A stretch of 50,937 nt of DNA from Bacillota bacterium. Lineage in GTDB: Bacteria; Bacillota; Clostridia; Christensenellales; CAG-138. Under the pieces are notes generated by a model that had not been told where the DNA came from, made no database searches, and saw only the letters and a program-made list of their open reading frames with translations. Location: NCBI GenBank assembly GCA_023451115.1, contig JAEXFV010000022.1, positions 1 through 50,937 on the forward strand, in the 5' to 3' direction. This document shows positions 18,084-27,817 of the stretch, piece after piece (within the stretch, counting starts at the first letter, position 1; each line of letters starts with the position of its first letter). Position numbers and translations under genes: made by a program.

Positions 18084-19013
18084 TTATCGTGCGCAATCGC
18101 CCGACTCGCCCCGCAGCATGTCCAAAGCATGGGGCAAATCCTTTAAAAAGGCGTCCAGGCTTTCCTCCACCGCCTTAGGACTGCCAGGGAGATTGATGAT
18201 CAAGGTTTTGCCCCGTATTACGCTTGCACCCCTTGAAAACATGGCTCGAGGCGTAATCGCCAAGGAATAGGCCCGTATCGCTTCCGCAATCCCAGGAACC
18301 GTCCTCTCTGCCACAGCCAGGGTTGCCTCAGGCGTAACGTCCCGGGAAGTGAGGCCGGTACCGCCTGTGGTCAAAATCAAATCCACTTGGCGCTGGTCTG
18401 CAAGGCGTTTCAACTCTTCCTCAAGGGGATGCAATCCATCCGGCAGCAACAACGTTTCGGCAATTTCATACGCCGCTGCCTGCAAACGCTTTACCACAGC
18501 AGGGCCGCTGGCATCTTGGCGTTCGCCCCGTGCCCCCTTATCCGAAAGCGTAATTACCGCCGCCTGGTAAGGGCGCTTCCCCTGGCGTGGCTCTATCACA
18601 AGCGCATCCCCAACCTGTATAGTCCCGCCTTGCAACACTTTTGCGAATACGCCCTCCCTGGGCATAATGCAGTCTCCCATCTTTTGAAAAATGGCGCACC
18701 CATGATGGCATTGCTTTCCGATCTGGGTAATTTCAAGGAGGGCATCGCCGCAACGCAACCATGTGCCCACCGGCAAAGCACGAAAGTCTATATCTGCCAC
18801 AATGTTCTCACCAAAAGCGCCATACGCTACACCCGCGCCCCTTTGGTTAAACGCTTCAATTTTCTCCATGCTGAGCAAACTCACCTGCCGGTGCCATTTA
18901 CCCGCATGGGCGTCATTTTCCAATCCCCAATCCGCGATCAACCGGGCCTGCCCAACATTGTGTTTCTGCACGCCTTTCTTTTCACTGATGCATACGGCTA
19001 GTATCTTCGCCAT
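18084..19013 (-). CDS. MOSC domain fused to MogA/MoaB-type molybdopterin adenylyltransferase domain
   Basis: The N-terminal half is MOSC-like. The C-terminal half carries the TTGGTGLTSRDVTPEA MoCF-biosynthesis motif. Confidence 0.75.
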   Translation of the reverse strand: MAKILAVCISEKKGVQKHNVGQARLIADWGLENDAHAGKWHRQVSLLSMEKIEAFNQRGAGVAYGAFGENIVADIDFRALPVGTWLRCGDALLEITQIGKQCHHGCAIFQKMGDCIMPREGVFAKVLQGGTIQVGDALVIEPRQGKRPYQAAVITLSDKGARGERQDASGPAVVKRLQAAAYEIAETLLLPDGLHPLEEELKRLADQRQVDLILTTGGTGLTSRDVTPEATLAVAERTVPGIAEAIRAYSLAITPRAMFSRGASVIRGKTLIINLPGSPKAVEESLDAFLKDLPHALDMLRGESGDCAR

Positions 19014-19019
19014 GGCTGT

Positions 19020-19985
19020 TTATCCTCCGATCTGGGACATTTTTCGTTGCTCGTCCCGTGGGCTATCTCCGTCGCCGAAATGGTGGCAGGCAGGCTTCTC
19101 TAAAACGGCGCGCCTAATTTCCTGCAGGATGACCTGGTCATCCATATCCAGCATTTTTTTCAGATCCAGCCCCGCATCGTATTGCAGACAGGTTTTCAGC
19201 TTTCCGTCCGCGGTCAGCCGCACCCGGTTACAGCTTTTGCAAAATTTATGGCTTAAGGGGCTGATGAAGCCAATCCTTCCGCCCTGTTCCAGCCGAAACC
19301 TGCGGCATTGCGCGTAATTTTCATTCTGTCCCAGGGGAATAAGCTTTCCAAACGCCTTCTCCAGCTCCCATATGACACTTGCTTCGGATAAGCCATTGAG
19401 CTTTTTCCCTTCTCCAATGGGCATCAGCTCAATAAACCGCAAAGGAATCCCCCGCGCAATGGCAAACCGCGTCAGCGGCACCAGTTGATCCAGGTTGAGG
19501 GATGTGGGCACGCAATTCAGTTTTACCTGCAAGCCAGGATATTTCACTGCAGCGTCTATGCTGCGGATGACCTTTTCTACTCCGTTTCTTCTGGTGATAT
19601 GGGAAAAACATTTCTCATCCAGTGCATCGATGCTGATATTCACCCCATCCAACCCGGCATCCACCAGAGCTGGAAGCAAATCTTCCAGCAGCATGCCGTT
19701 GGTGGTCAACGTCAACCGCTCAATCCCGTCTACTCTTTTGATTGCTGCCGCCAGCTTGGAAACATCCTTTCTGACCAATGGTTCGCCGCCGGTGAGCCGT
19801 ATTTTTCGTATCCCCAAAACGGCAAATAAGCGAACCAATCGCAAAATCTCTTCATAGCGCAGCACATCCGAGTGGGGAAGTGAAGGCACCCCCTCCTCTG
19901 GCATGCAATAAAGGCAGCGCAGGTCGCATCGGTCCGTGACCGATAATCGTAAATAATCGATTATCCTACCAGATTGATCTTTCAT
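19020..19985 (-). CDS. moaA: GTP 3',8-cyclase (radical SAM)
   Basis: CDLRCLYCMP radical-SAM cluster motif and the MoaA C-terminal Cys motif. Confidence 0.9.
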   Translation of the reverse strand: MKDQSGRIIDYLRLSVTDRCDLRCLYCMPEEGVPSLPHSDVLRYEEILRLVRLFAVLGIRKIRLTGGEPLVRKDVSKLAAAIKRVDGIERLTLTTNGMLLEDLLPALVDAGLDGVNISIDALDEKCFSHITRRNGVEKVIRSIDAAVKYPGLQVKLNCVPTSLNLDQLVPLTRFAIARGIPLRFIELMPIGEGKKLNGLSEASVIWELEKAFGKLIPLGQNENYAQCRRFRLEQGGRIGFISPLSHKFCKSCNRVRLTADGKLKTCLQYDAGLDLKKMLDMDDQVILQEIRRAVLEKPACHHFGDGDSPRDEQRKMSQIGG

Positions 19986-19988
19986 ACA

Positions 19989-20465
19989 TTACTCCTGAAA
20001 GCGAAAATCTCCGCTTTTCCCTCCGTGTTTTTCCACCAGATGCAGGCCGGTAATCTCCATTTGCTTGTCGATTGCTTTGCACATATCATATATGGTCAAT
20101 AGGGCAACGCTAGCCCCTGTTAACGCTTCCATTTCTACCCCAGTCTTGCCGTGGCAGCACACCGTGCACACCGCCTCTATTTCGCAGGTGTTCGGATGCA
20201 GCGCAAACTTGACTTCGCTTTTGGTAAGCAGCAGTGTATGGCATAGCGGGATCAACTCCGCCGTACGTTTTGTGGCCATAATGCCCGCAACCTGGGCAAC
20301 GCATAACACATCGCCCTTCTTGGCTTTACCCTCTTGTACAACAGCAAAGCACTGGGGGCTCATTCGTATCCGCCCGGTGGCAACAGCAGTGCGGCTGGTG
20401 TCCTGTTTTTCTCCAACATCCACCATAGTGGCATTCCCATTTGTGTCCATATGCGTCAGCTTCAT
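19989..20465 (-). CDS. moaC: cyclic pyranopterin monophosphate synthase
   Basis: MoaC fold. Start at MKLTHMD immediately after the upstream stop, with the GGGGAGG RBS inside the upstream gene. Confidence 0.85.
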   Translation of the reverse strand: MKLTHMDTNGNATMVDVGEKQDTSRTAVATGRIRMSPQCFAVVQEGKAKKGDVLCVAQVAGIMATKRTAELIPLCHTLLLTKSEVKFALHPNTCEIEAVCTVCCHGKTGVEMEALTGASVALLTIYDMCKAIDKQMEITGLHLVEKHGGKSGDFRFQE

Positions 20466-20466
20466 G

Positions 20467-21492
20467 TTACCTCCCCTTACCAAATCCACAATTGGGATAA
20501 TGACATTCGTCGCAGTTGAGGCATAAACCACCGTTTCCCAGCCCTGCCAACTGCTGCGCCGTTACCCTGACTTCCGCAAGCAAGTAGGGCAGCACGATAT
20601 CAAATATGGTACGCTGGGCATACATAACACAGCCGGGCAGCCCGCAAATCGGAATCCCCTGCTCCGTGTAGGCCAGTAGGAACATAGCCCCAGGCAATAC
20701 CGGCGCACCGTAGGAAACCACCTGTGCCCCCGTGTTTTTAATAGCAAGCGGGGTCCTGTCGTCCGGGTCAACGCTCATGCCACCAGTGCAAATGACCAGC
20801 TGCGCGCCTTGCTTCAACATATTGAGCGCTGCAGCAGTAATCTTCCCAGGTTCATCTCCCAGCACGGTATGCCAGAGCATTTCGCAACCATATTCTTCCA
20901 TTTTTTGCTGGATGACTGGCGTAAACGTATCCTGAATTAAACCTTTCTCCACTTCGCTTCCCGTAGTAATTACGCCATATTTTTTTTGTTTGATGGGCAG
21001 CAGCTCCATCAGTGGTTTTTCCCCTGCCAGCTTTTGGGCCTGCGCCATGACCTCTTTTTCAATCAGCAATGGGATGATGCGCGTGCCGCACAGTTTATCC
21101 CCTTTTTTTACCGGAACCCCTGACGGCCGTGTAGCAATCATCATACGGCCCAGAGAATTGACTGTTCTAAGCCGCTCAACGTCCACTAAAAACAGGCCGT
21201 CGCATTGGGCAATTAATTCAATCTTCCCTTCTTTTGGGAGGGTGGCCTGCATATGATCCCCCATACACATATCCCGTAACATCTCTGCCGCCTCATTTTC
21301 GTGCAGCATGCTGTCGTCATTCTCCCAAATATACACATGCTCTTTGCCAACGCTAAGCAAAACCGGGATATCTTCCCTGGTAATGATATGCCCCTTGCGG
21401 AACACGGCATCCTTTGTAACCCCTTTGATTATCTGTGTAATATCGTGACAGAGCACCTGGCCTACAGCATCTTCGGTTTTCATCAGCTTCAT
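20467..21492 (-). CDS. molybdopterin-binding (MoCF-biosynthesis/CinA-like domain) protein with C-terminal Cys-rich motif
   Basis: GVITTGSEV...[15 protein letters not shown] MoCF domain, then [12 protein letters not shown] at the C-terminus. Start at the second ATG, which has AAGGAG spacing of 8. Confidence 0.7.
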   Translation of the reverse strand: MKLMKTEDAVGQVLCHDITQIIKGVTKDAVFRKGHIITREDIPVLLSVGKEHVYIWENDDSMLHENEAAEMLRDMCMGDHMQATLPKEGKIELIAQCDGLFLVDVERLRTVNSLGRMMIATRPSGVPVKKGDKLCGTRIIPLLIEKEVMAQAQKLAGEKPLMELLPIKQKKYGVITTGSEVEKGLIQDTFTPVIQQKMEEYGCEMLWHTVLGDEPGKITAAALNMLKQGAQLVICTGGMSVDPDDRTPLAIKNTGAQVVSYGAPVLPGAMFLLAYTEQGIPICGLPGCVMYAQRTIFDIVLPYLLAEVRVTAQQLAGLGNGGLCLNCDECHYPNCGFGKGR

Positions 21493-21713
21493 TGTCATTT
21501 CTCCTTAGGCACATCGTTATTCTTTTAGAAGAATAACGATGCTGAAAAATTTGCCACATCGCTGTGGCGAAACGATCATACTATACCCCAACCGTTCAAA
21601 AGGAACAAAATTTAGATTATTATAGCATATTCCTTGTTGTATTCGCAACGGTTTATGAAAAACACGTAAAACACGTCCGGATGCGCTTGCATTCTATTCA
21701 CTAAGACGATATA

Positions 21714-21741
21714 CTAAACTGCTCGCCGGGGAGCAGTTTAG
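21714..21741. promoter_or_regulatory. 11-6-11 inverted repeat CTAAACTGCTC-n6-GAGCAGTTTAG in divergent promoter region
   Basis: Perfect 11-bp arms. It lies 30 nt upstream of the NTase start and at the far 5' end of the Moco operon leader. Confidence 0.3.
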
Positions 21742-21770
21742 CTGCACATTGATATGGGAGGGTTAATACA

Positions 21771-22439
21771 ATGGATATTGTTTTTTGGATGCAGGAATTT
21801 ATCCGCCAAATGCAGCACACTTTTGGCGATCGGGTGATATTTATTGGCTTACAAGGGAGTTACGCAAGAGGTGAAGCAACTTCTCAAAGCGATATTGATA
21901 TCGTGCTGCTGTTGAACAACCTGTCTATAAAGGATTTACAGCGTTATAAACAGGCTGTTGGCGGGCTTCCATACCGGGAAAAGCTATGCGGGTTTGTTGG
22001 CGACAAAAGCCGGCTCCTCCATTGGGATAAGGCGGATCTTTTTCAATTTTACCACGACACCGTCCCATATTATGGCAGCATTGCATACCTTGCCGCGCTC
22101 ATACAACCCCATGATGTAAAGCGTGCCATACAAACCGGCGCTTGCAACCTATACCATGCTTGCAGCCACAATTTTCTGCATGAGAACGATCCGCTTACCT
22201 TAATCGCGTTGTATAAAAACGCAGTATTTGTGTTGCAGGCAAAGCACTATTATGAAACCGGCGTTTATATCAAAGCCAAGCTAGCCTTGCTGCAAGCCCT
22301 GAAACAGGAGGACAAAGCGGTACTTTCCACTTATTTGTCTTTCAAGAAAAGCAATTCCTTGGACGCGGATGAATGGATCCGTTGCTCTGAAGTGCTATTC
22401 ACATGGGCTGCCAACCTGGTCGAACAGTTTGGAGCATAA
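21771..22439 (+). CDS. nucleotidyltransferase-domain protein (ANT/Lnu-like minimal NTase)
   Basis: GLQGSYARGEATSQSDIDIVLL matches the polymerase-beta NTase motif G[SG]x9-13Dx[DE]. Confidence 0.7.
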   Translation: MDIVFWMQEFIRQMQHTFGDRVIFIGLQGSYARGEATSQSDIDIVLLLNNLSIKDLQRYKQAVGGLPYREKLCGFVGDKSRLLHWDKADLFQFYHDTVPYYGSIAYLAALIQPHDVKRAIQTGACNLYHACSHNFLHENDPLTLIALYKNAVFVLQAKHYYETGVYIKAKLALLQALKQEDKAVLSTYLSFKKSNSLDADEWIRCSEVLFTWAANLVEQFGA

Positions 22440-22454
22440 AACGTTTGTGTTGAA

Positions 22455-22479
22455 AGGCCGCAAATTGCGGCCTTTTTCA
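22455..22479 (+). terminator. intrinsic terminator
   Basis: AGGCCGCAA-ATT-TGCGGCCT stem, followed by TTTTT. Confidence 0.7.
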
Positions 22480-22520
22480 TACTCAATCTATTTTCCTTCT
22501 CAATCTGTTTTCCTTGCCGG

Positions 22521-22874
22521 CTATTTTTTTCTTTTAAAATTTGCCCCGTTCCAACCCCAATGCGGCGTCGTTTTATACATAATATAAATCCGCTCCGGGG
22601 AAATAGACAATACGCCTTGCACAACATCCGTAAGCTTTTGGGTAATGGCCTGTGCAGCGTCATCTTCCAAGGTGCCAAACAGGTTGACTTCCAAAAACGC
22701 AGTGGGTGCTTGCTCGTCCTGCTTGAACCAAAGGGGCTGCTCATCTACTACACTGACCATCAGCCAATTTTCTTTGCCGGGAATTACCTGCATGCTGGTA
22801 TAGCATCCTGCCTGCAATTCACTCTTTTGTGCTTGTGACACGGTACCATTGGTTGTAATTTGAATAAACGGCAT
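22521..22874 (-). CDS. tautomerase-superfamily protein (Pro-1 N-terminus)
   Basis: MPFIQITTNG N-terminus with the catalytic Pro1 spacing. 117 aa. Confidence 0.55.
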   Translation of the reverse strand: MPFIQITTNGTVSQAQKSELQAGCYTSMQVIPGKENWLMVSVVDEQPLWFKQDEQAPTAFLEVNLFGTLEDDAAQAITQKLTDVVQGVLSISPERIYIMYKTTPHWGWNGANFKRKK

Positions 22875-23114
22875 ATCTCATACCACCTTCCTGAAAAAAA
22901 TTGATCCGGCTAACAACGCCTCATTCTCTTCTATTATAGACAACCATTTTCACTTTGGCACCCTGGATTTTCTCTCAAACACGAAAAAGGCAGAAAACAA
23001 TGTTTTATACCGTTTATCATGTATTTCTCTGTCAAATTTATACAGTCATGCTTGCTACCTATGCTAAAATCGGTTAGACTAGAAAATAAACCTGCTGAAA
23101 GTAGGAGAAACATT

Positions 23115-25124
23115 ATGCCCATACCTGGCGCCCTTTTTATAGGCCGGCAAAAATTTCTCGCAACCGATGCCTGCGAGTTCGTTACGATTTCAGATGGTTT
23201 TTTGCAATGGATTGGCTATACCAAAGAAGAAATTCAACAGCTGTTTCACAACAGCTTTTTTGCGTTGATGCTTGCAGAAGACGTCCCCAATGTTCGCCAA
23301 CAAATGGCAGAGCAGCTGAAAAAGGGAGATTTTTTTGCCTTAAATTACCGCCTGCAGACAAAATCCGGTAAAATACTTCAGGTGTATGAACAAGGCCATT
23401 ATATTGTGGAAAACGGAGTCGGTTATTATGATTGCCAAATCGCAGACCTTGCGCGACATATTGCCCTGGAGGGATATTACCACAGCATTTTGGAGGCCCT
23501 TCCCAACCCCGTTATCGTGACGGATTTAGACAAAAAAATGCTTTATCTCAACAAAGCTGCCCAGCTTTTTACAGGCGTTGGTTTGCAGGAAAGCATTGGA
23601 AAGCATTGCTCGGATTTTCCTTTTTGCCCAATGCAGCAGGGGTATGCGTGTTGCATTGACTTGTTTCTACAGGGAATAACGAATATACAAGCTCAGGATG
23701 CACAGGGGCGCTTCCTTCGCATCAGCATGTCTTATTTATATGATGTTGACGGAACCGCCATCGGCTATATCAGCACCTCGTCCGATGTTAGCGAATTGAA
23801 GGAAAAAGAGCGGCAACTTGAGCTGAGTGAAGAACGCTATCGTTTGGCCATGGCCCAAACCAGCAGCTTTATCTGGGAATACGATATTCTCACCCAAACC
23901 GCCTATCAATCCGATTATCAAGCGGAATTGCTAAAGCAAAGTTTTGGTTTTCCCACTGTAATACGGGATGTACCTGCCTCGCTCGTGGCTTCCGGCATAG
24001 TTGGGCAGGAGGATGCCGCTATTTTTTTTGATATGTTTAAAAAAATACAGAATGGCGCCCGTAAAGTAAATCAAACCATACATATTCAGAATACGAAAGC
24101 AAAAAGCAATTACTGGCTTGAATTTATCGGGACCCCTATTGTAAATGATTCCGGCGCGCCTTTGCGGGCAATTTTTGTGGCCCATGACGTAACCGAGGAA
24201 AAAAAGTTGGAATTACAGTACCGGCAAGAGCGTCAATTGAGGACCTCTATCACCGGCAGCATGGTTGCCAGCTTTGAAGTTGACCTCACCACTGGATATA
24301 TTACCAAAGCTTCTGAAAACTGGTTATCCACCAGTGTATCAGAGAATACTACAAAATATAGCGTTCTGCTGGAAGAGCATATTTTGCAGTACGTTTTGCC
24401 CGAAGACAGAACGGTGGTTTGGGACACACTCCAGCCGCAAGCCCTCATAACTGCTTATCAAAGAGGGCAGCATGAACTGACGTGTGAATATCAACGCAAA
24501 GATCCAAGCGGCAATGTCAAATGGATCCGGACAACGGCGCACCTTTTCCAGCCGGAGGCCACTGCCTCTATTTGCGCTTTGTTATATTTGAAAGATATTG
24601 ATGAAGAAAAGAAAAATGAAATTGTTTTGCGGCAGCGGGCGGAATGCGACCCTTTGACAGGATTGCTAAACCGAAGCACCGCCCATAAACTAATTGAGCA
24701 AACTCTGGAGCAATATTCCAGCGCTACGTTTGCTTTTATCATGCTGGATATCGATAATTTCAAACAGGTGAACGATACTTATGGGCATTTGTTTGGAGAT
24801 GCTGCTTTGGTTTACTTCGCAAACAAGCTGAAGAGGGCGTTTCGAAAGGGCGACTTAATCGGGCGTTTAGGTGGAGACGAATTTGCCATATTGCTGTGCG
24901 ATCTGCCAGAACGTGCGCTTGCCTGTAAAAAAGCAGAACAAATTTTTCTGGAATTAGAAAACGGCCATTTTTCCCATCATGGGCAATCCTGCACTCTGTC
25001 TTGCTCCATGGGAATTGCTTTTGCTCCAGAGCACGGCAGCACATTCAACGCCCTATATGAAAAAGCCGATGAAGCGCTTTACCGGGCGAAAGCATTGGGA
25101 AAACGGCGGTTTGTGATTGCATAA
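23115..25124 (+). CDS. cytoplasmic multi-PAS diguanylate cyclase (GGDEF) with intact I-site
   Basis: Start at MPIPGALF after an AGGAG RBS. GGDEF domain with RLGGDEF. An RKGD (RxxD) I-site lies 5 residues upstream. Confidence 0.85.
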   Translation: MPIPGALFIGRQKFLATDACEFVTISDGFLQWIGYTKEEIQQLFHNSFFALMLAEDVPNVRQQMAEQLKKGDFFALNYRLQTKSGKILQVYEQGHYIVENGVGYYDCQIADLARHIALEGYYHSILEALPNPVIVTDLDKKMLYLNKAAQLFTGVGLQESIGKHCSDFPFCPMQQGYACCIDLFLQGITNIQAQDAQGRFLRISMSYLYDVDGTAIGYISTSSDVSELKEKERQLELSEERYRLAMAQTSSFIWEYDILTQTAYQSDYQAELLKQSFGFPTVIRDVPASLVASGIVGQEDAAIFFDMFKKIQNGARKVNQTIHIQNTKAKSNYWLEFIGTPIVNDSGAPLRAIFVAHDVTEEKKLELQYRQERQLRTSITGSMVASFEVDLTTGYITKASENWLSTSVSENTTKYSVLLEEHILQYVLPEDRTVVWDTLQPQALITAYQRGQHELTCEYQRKDPSGNVKWIRTTAHLFQPEATASICALLYLKDIDEEKKNEIVLRQRAECDPLTGLLNRSTAHKLIEQTLEQYSSATFAFIMLDIDNFKQVNDTYGHLFGDAALVYFANKLKRAFRKGDLIGRLGGDEFAILLCDLPERALACKKAEQIFLELENGHFSHHGQSCTLSCSMGIAFAPEHGSTFNALYEKADEALYRAKALGKRRFVIA

Positions 25125-25201
25125 AAATGGATGATGGGCGCACCCTCGATCACCCTCGCAGCGCCAAAAACGGTTTTCTATCGTTATTAGTAATAAAAAC
25201 A

Positions 25202-25244
25202 GGCGGCAGGCATTTCATTTTACCTGCTGCCCATTTTATTTTTA
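25202..25244 (+). terminator. intrinsic terminator
   Basis: GGCGGCAGG/CCTGCTGCC stem (one mismatch), followed by CATTTTATTTTTA. Confidence 0.55.
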
Positions 25245-25337
25245 CAACTTTCTGCAATCATGAAAGCAACTTGCTTTTTAGGCTGCTAAAATATTTTTTG
25301 TTCACGCAGCATCACGATTTGAGCTGTTACCAAATGG

Positions 25338-26378
25338 TTATTCTGGGTGGGCTGCTAAAAATTCCGCTAATGCCTGCACTATTTGTTCTATATCGGAACG
25401 GGAAACATCGTGGTTGGTAACAAACCGTTGTCCTTCTTTTCCATCGTAGCCCCCAATTTTGATTCCCCGCTCCAGCATCCACGGCTGTAACTGTTCTAAA
25501 ACGGCTGTGGAGCGGCGGATAAGGCAAAATACCATGTTTATCTGCACGCTGTCCAGATCTACTTCAACACCATCCAGCTTATGCAACAATGTGGCAAGGT
25601 ATTTGGCATTATCATGGTCCTGCTGCAACCGTTTGGTCATCTCTGTCAAAGCTAAAATTCCCGCTGCAGCCAGAAAACCATTTTGCCGCATGCCTCCGCC
25701 CAGCATCTTACGGTATTTCCGTGCCCGGGCGATCACCTCTTTTGGCCCTGCCAGCACGCTGCCCACCGGCGCGCATAGCCCTTTGGACAGGCAGCAGGAG
25801 ACCGTATCACAATAACGGGTAATTTCCTTCACATCCACCCCCAGAGCAACAGCCGCGTTAAAAATCCGCGCGCCATCCAAATGCACGGCCAACCCATGCG
25901 CCTGAGCCACTTCCCAAACCTCTTTCATCACGCGCAACGGTACAATTCGCCCATTGGCCAATGCATTTTCCACACAAATCAGCGAGGTGGGCGGCTCATG
26001 AATATCCTCCGGGCGAATTGCGGTTTCGATCAGGGCAGCGTCATAAACCCCCTGTTCAAAATGCAATTGCCTAAGGTTAATCCCGGAAAGTACCGCAGCC
26101 GCTCCCACCTCATGGGAAAAGATATGGCAAGCATCGCTTACGATGGCCTCGTCTCCCCTTCGGGTGTGGGACATCAGCCCTAACTGATTGCCCATCGTGC
26201 CCGAGGTTACAAACAATGCCGCTTCTTTTCCCAGCAGCTGCGCTGCCAAATCTTCCAGGCGATTTGTTGTGGGGTCATCCTGGTAAACATCATCTCCAAC
26301 CTCTGCCAGGAACATAGCCTGCCGCATCTCTTGTGTTGGTTGGGTTACGGTATCGCTGCGTACATCAATGTATTTCAT
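25338..26378 (-). CDS. ltaE: low-specificity L-threonine aldolase
   Basis: MKYIDVRSDTVTQPT N-terminus. PLP aldolase fold. Confidence 0.85.
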   Translation of the reverse strand: MKYIDVRSDTVTQPTQEMRQAMFLAEVGDDVYQDDPTTNRLEDLAAQLLGKEAALFVTSGTMGNQLGLMSHTRRGDEAIVSDACHIFSHEVGAAAVLSGINLRQLHFEQGVYDAALIETAIRPEDIHEPPTSLICVENALANGRIVPLRVMKEVWEVAQAHGLAVHLDGARIFNAAVALGVDVKEITRYCDTVSCCLSKGLCAPVGSVLAGPKEVIARARKYRKMLGGGMRQNGFLAAAGILALTEMTKRLQQDHDNAKYLATLLHKLDGVEVDLDSVQINMVFCLIRRSTAVLEQLQPWMLERGIKIGGYDGKEGQRFVTNHDVSRSDIEQIVQALAEFLAAHPE

Positions 26379-27775
26379 GCTTCTACCCCTTCTTTCCCAT
26401 CATTTTTTTCAATCGTCAGTTCCGGATGCTTCGCCAAATAGTCCGGCAACTGCATGCCTGCCATATTAAACAGATCCTCCATGGGTGGAATGCTCTTCAT
26501 CAGCCCTGACACAAATCCCGCAGTCGTGTTTTTTCCATCCCCATTTTGCCCAGCGTCCCAAACAGTGACCTTATCAATTTTCAAATTCTTTATTGCATCT
26601 ACCTGAACCCGCATCAGGTCTTCCATCTTATCCGCAAGCATTAGGCGCAAAGCATCCGATGGGCTGCCTGCAGCCTGTACCACCTGGGCAAATCCCTGTG
26701 CCTGCTTGGTGAGGATTTCCTGCATACCGCGTGCTTCCGCCTCCATCTTCATATAAATGGCGTCTGCCTCTCCCCGGGCTTTCCTGCGGATTTGCTCGGC
26801 CTGCGCTTCCGCTTCCAGCTCCATTTCTCTTTTTTTAATCTCTGCCTTTACGATCACATCCGCTTCCAAAGTAGCTTTTTCCCTGGTAGCGCGCTCCTGT
26901 TCCGCCTGCCGTTCTGCGGTGTAAGACTCTTCCAAAGCTTTCGCGCCCTGTACCTTTTCCGCTGCGGTAGCGATACGCAGCGCTTCGGCCTCCTGTTCGC
27001 GTAAAGTTGCATTGGAACGGGCAATTTCCACTTTCGCTTTGTTTTCCCCCTGAATTGCTGTGGAATTGGCCTGCGCCACCTGGATACGCTGATCCATCCG
27101 TGCATTGGCTTCGCCAATCGCACCATCGCGCTCTTTTTCCGCTACGGACTTTTTCGCATCGTTAATTGCCTTGGCTGCCGCTTCCCGCCCAAGGGCAGTA
27201 ATATACCCCGATTCGTCACTGATGTCCGTGACGTTCACGTTAATGAGGCGCAAACCAATTTTTTTCAATTCTGTTTCCACGTTGCGGGAAACCTGATCCA
27301 GAAACTTATCCCGGTCAGTATTGATTTCTTCAATATCCATGGTCGCAATGACCAGGCGCAGCTGCCCAAAGATGATATCCTTTGCCAGTTCCTGAATGGT
27401 TCCCAGGCTTAAGCCGAGCAAACGCTCCGCAGCGTTTTGCATAATGTTTTGCTCCGTGGAAATGCCCACAGTAAATCTAGAGGGCACGTCAATACGGATG
27501 TTTTGCCGGGACAGCGCGCTGGTTAAATCCACTTGAATTGAAATCGGCGTCAAATCCAAATATTCGTGTGCTTGTATCAGGGGCCAAATAAAGGCTGCAC
27601 CGCCGTGGATACACTTGGAAGACTTGCTGCTTCCATCGTGGTTACGCCCCACTTTACCATAAATGACCATTACCTTATCCGACGGGCATTTGCGGTAACG
27701 GGACAACAACAGAATAATCAGCGAAACCACCAACACTACCACTACAACAATTGTAATCAAGCCCTCCATAATCAT
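26375..27775 (-). CDS. flotillin-like SPFH/band-7 protein (FloT/YqiK type)
   Basis: N-terminal TM segment, SPFH domain, and a long EA-rich coiled coil. Confidence 0.85.
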   Translation of the reverse strand: MIMEGLITIVVVVVLVVSLIILLLSRYRKCPSDKVMVIYGKVGRNHDGSSKSSKCIHGGAAFIWPLIQAHEYLDLTPISIQVDLTSALSRQNIRIDVPSRFTVGISTEQNIMQNAAERLLGLSLGTIQELAKDIIFGQLRLVIATMDIEEINTDRDKFLDQVSRNVETELKKIGLRLINVNVTDISDESGYITALGREAAAKAINDAKKSVAEKERDGAIGEANARMDQRIQVAQANSTAIQGENKAKVEIARSNATLREQEAEALRIATAAEKVQGAKALEESYTAERQAEQERATREKATLEADVIVKAEIKKREMELEAEAQAEQIRRKARGEADAIYMKMEAEARGMQEILTKQAQGFAQVVQAAGSPSDALRLMLADKMEDLMRVQVDAIKNLKIDKVTVWDAGQNGDGKNTTAGFVSGLMKSIPPMEDLFNMAGMQLPDYLAKHPELTIEKNDGKEGVEA

Positions 27776-27817
27776 CCTCCTCGTTTTTGTGCTTTTATAA
27801 CAGTAAAGTGTTACATT

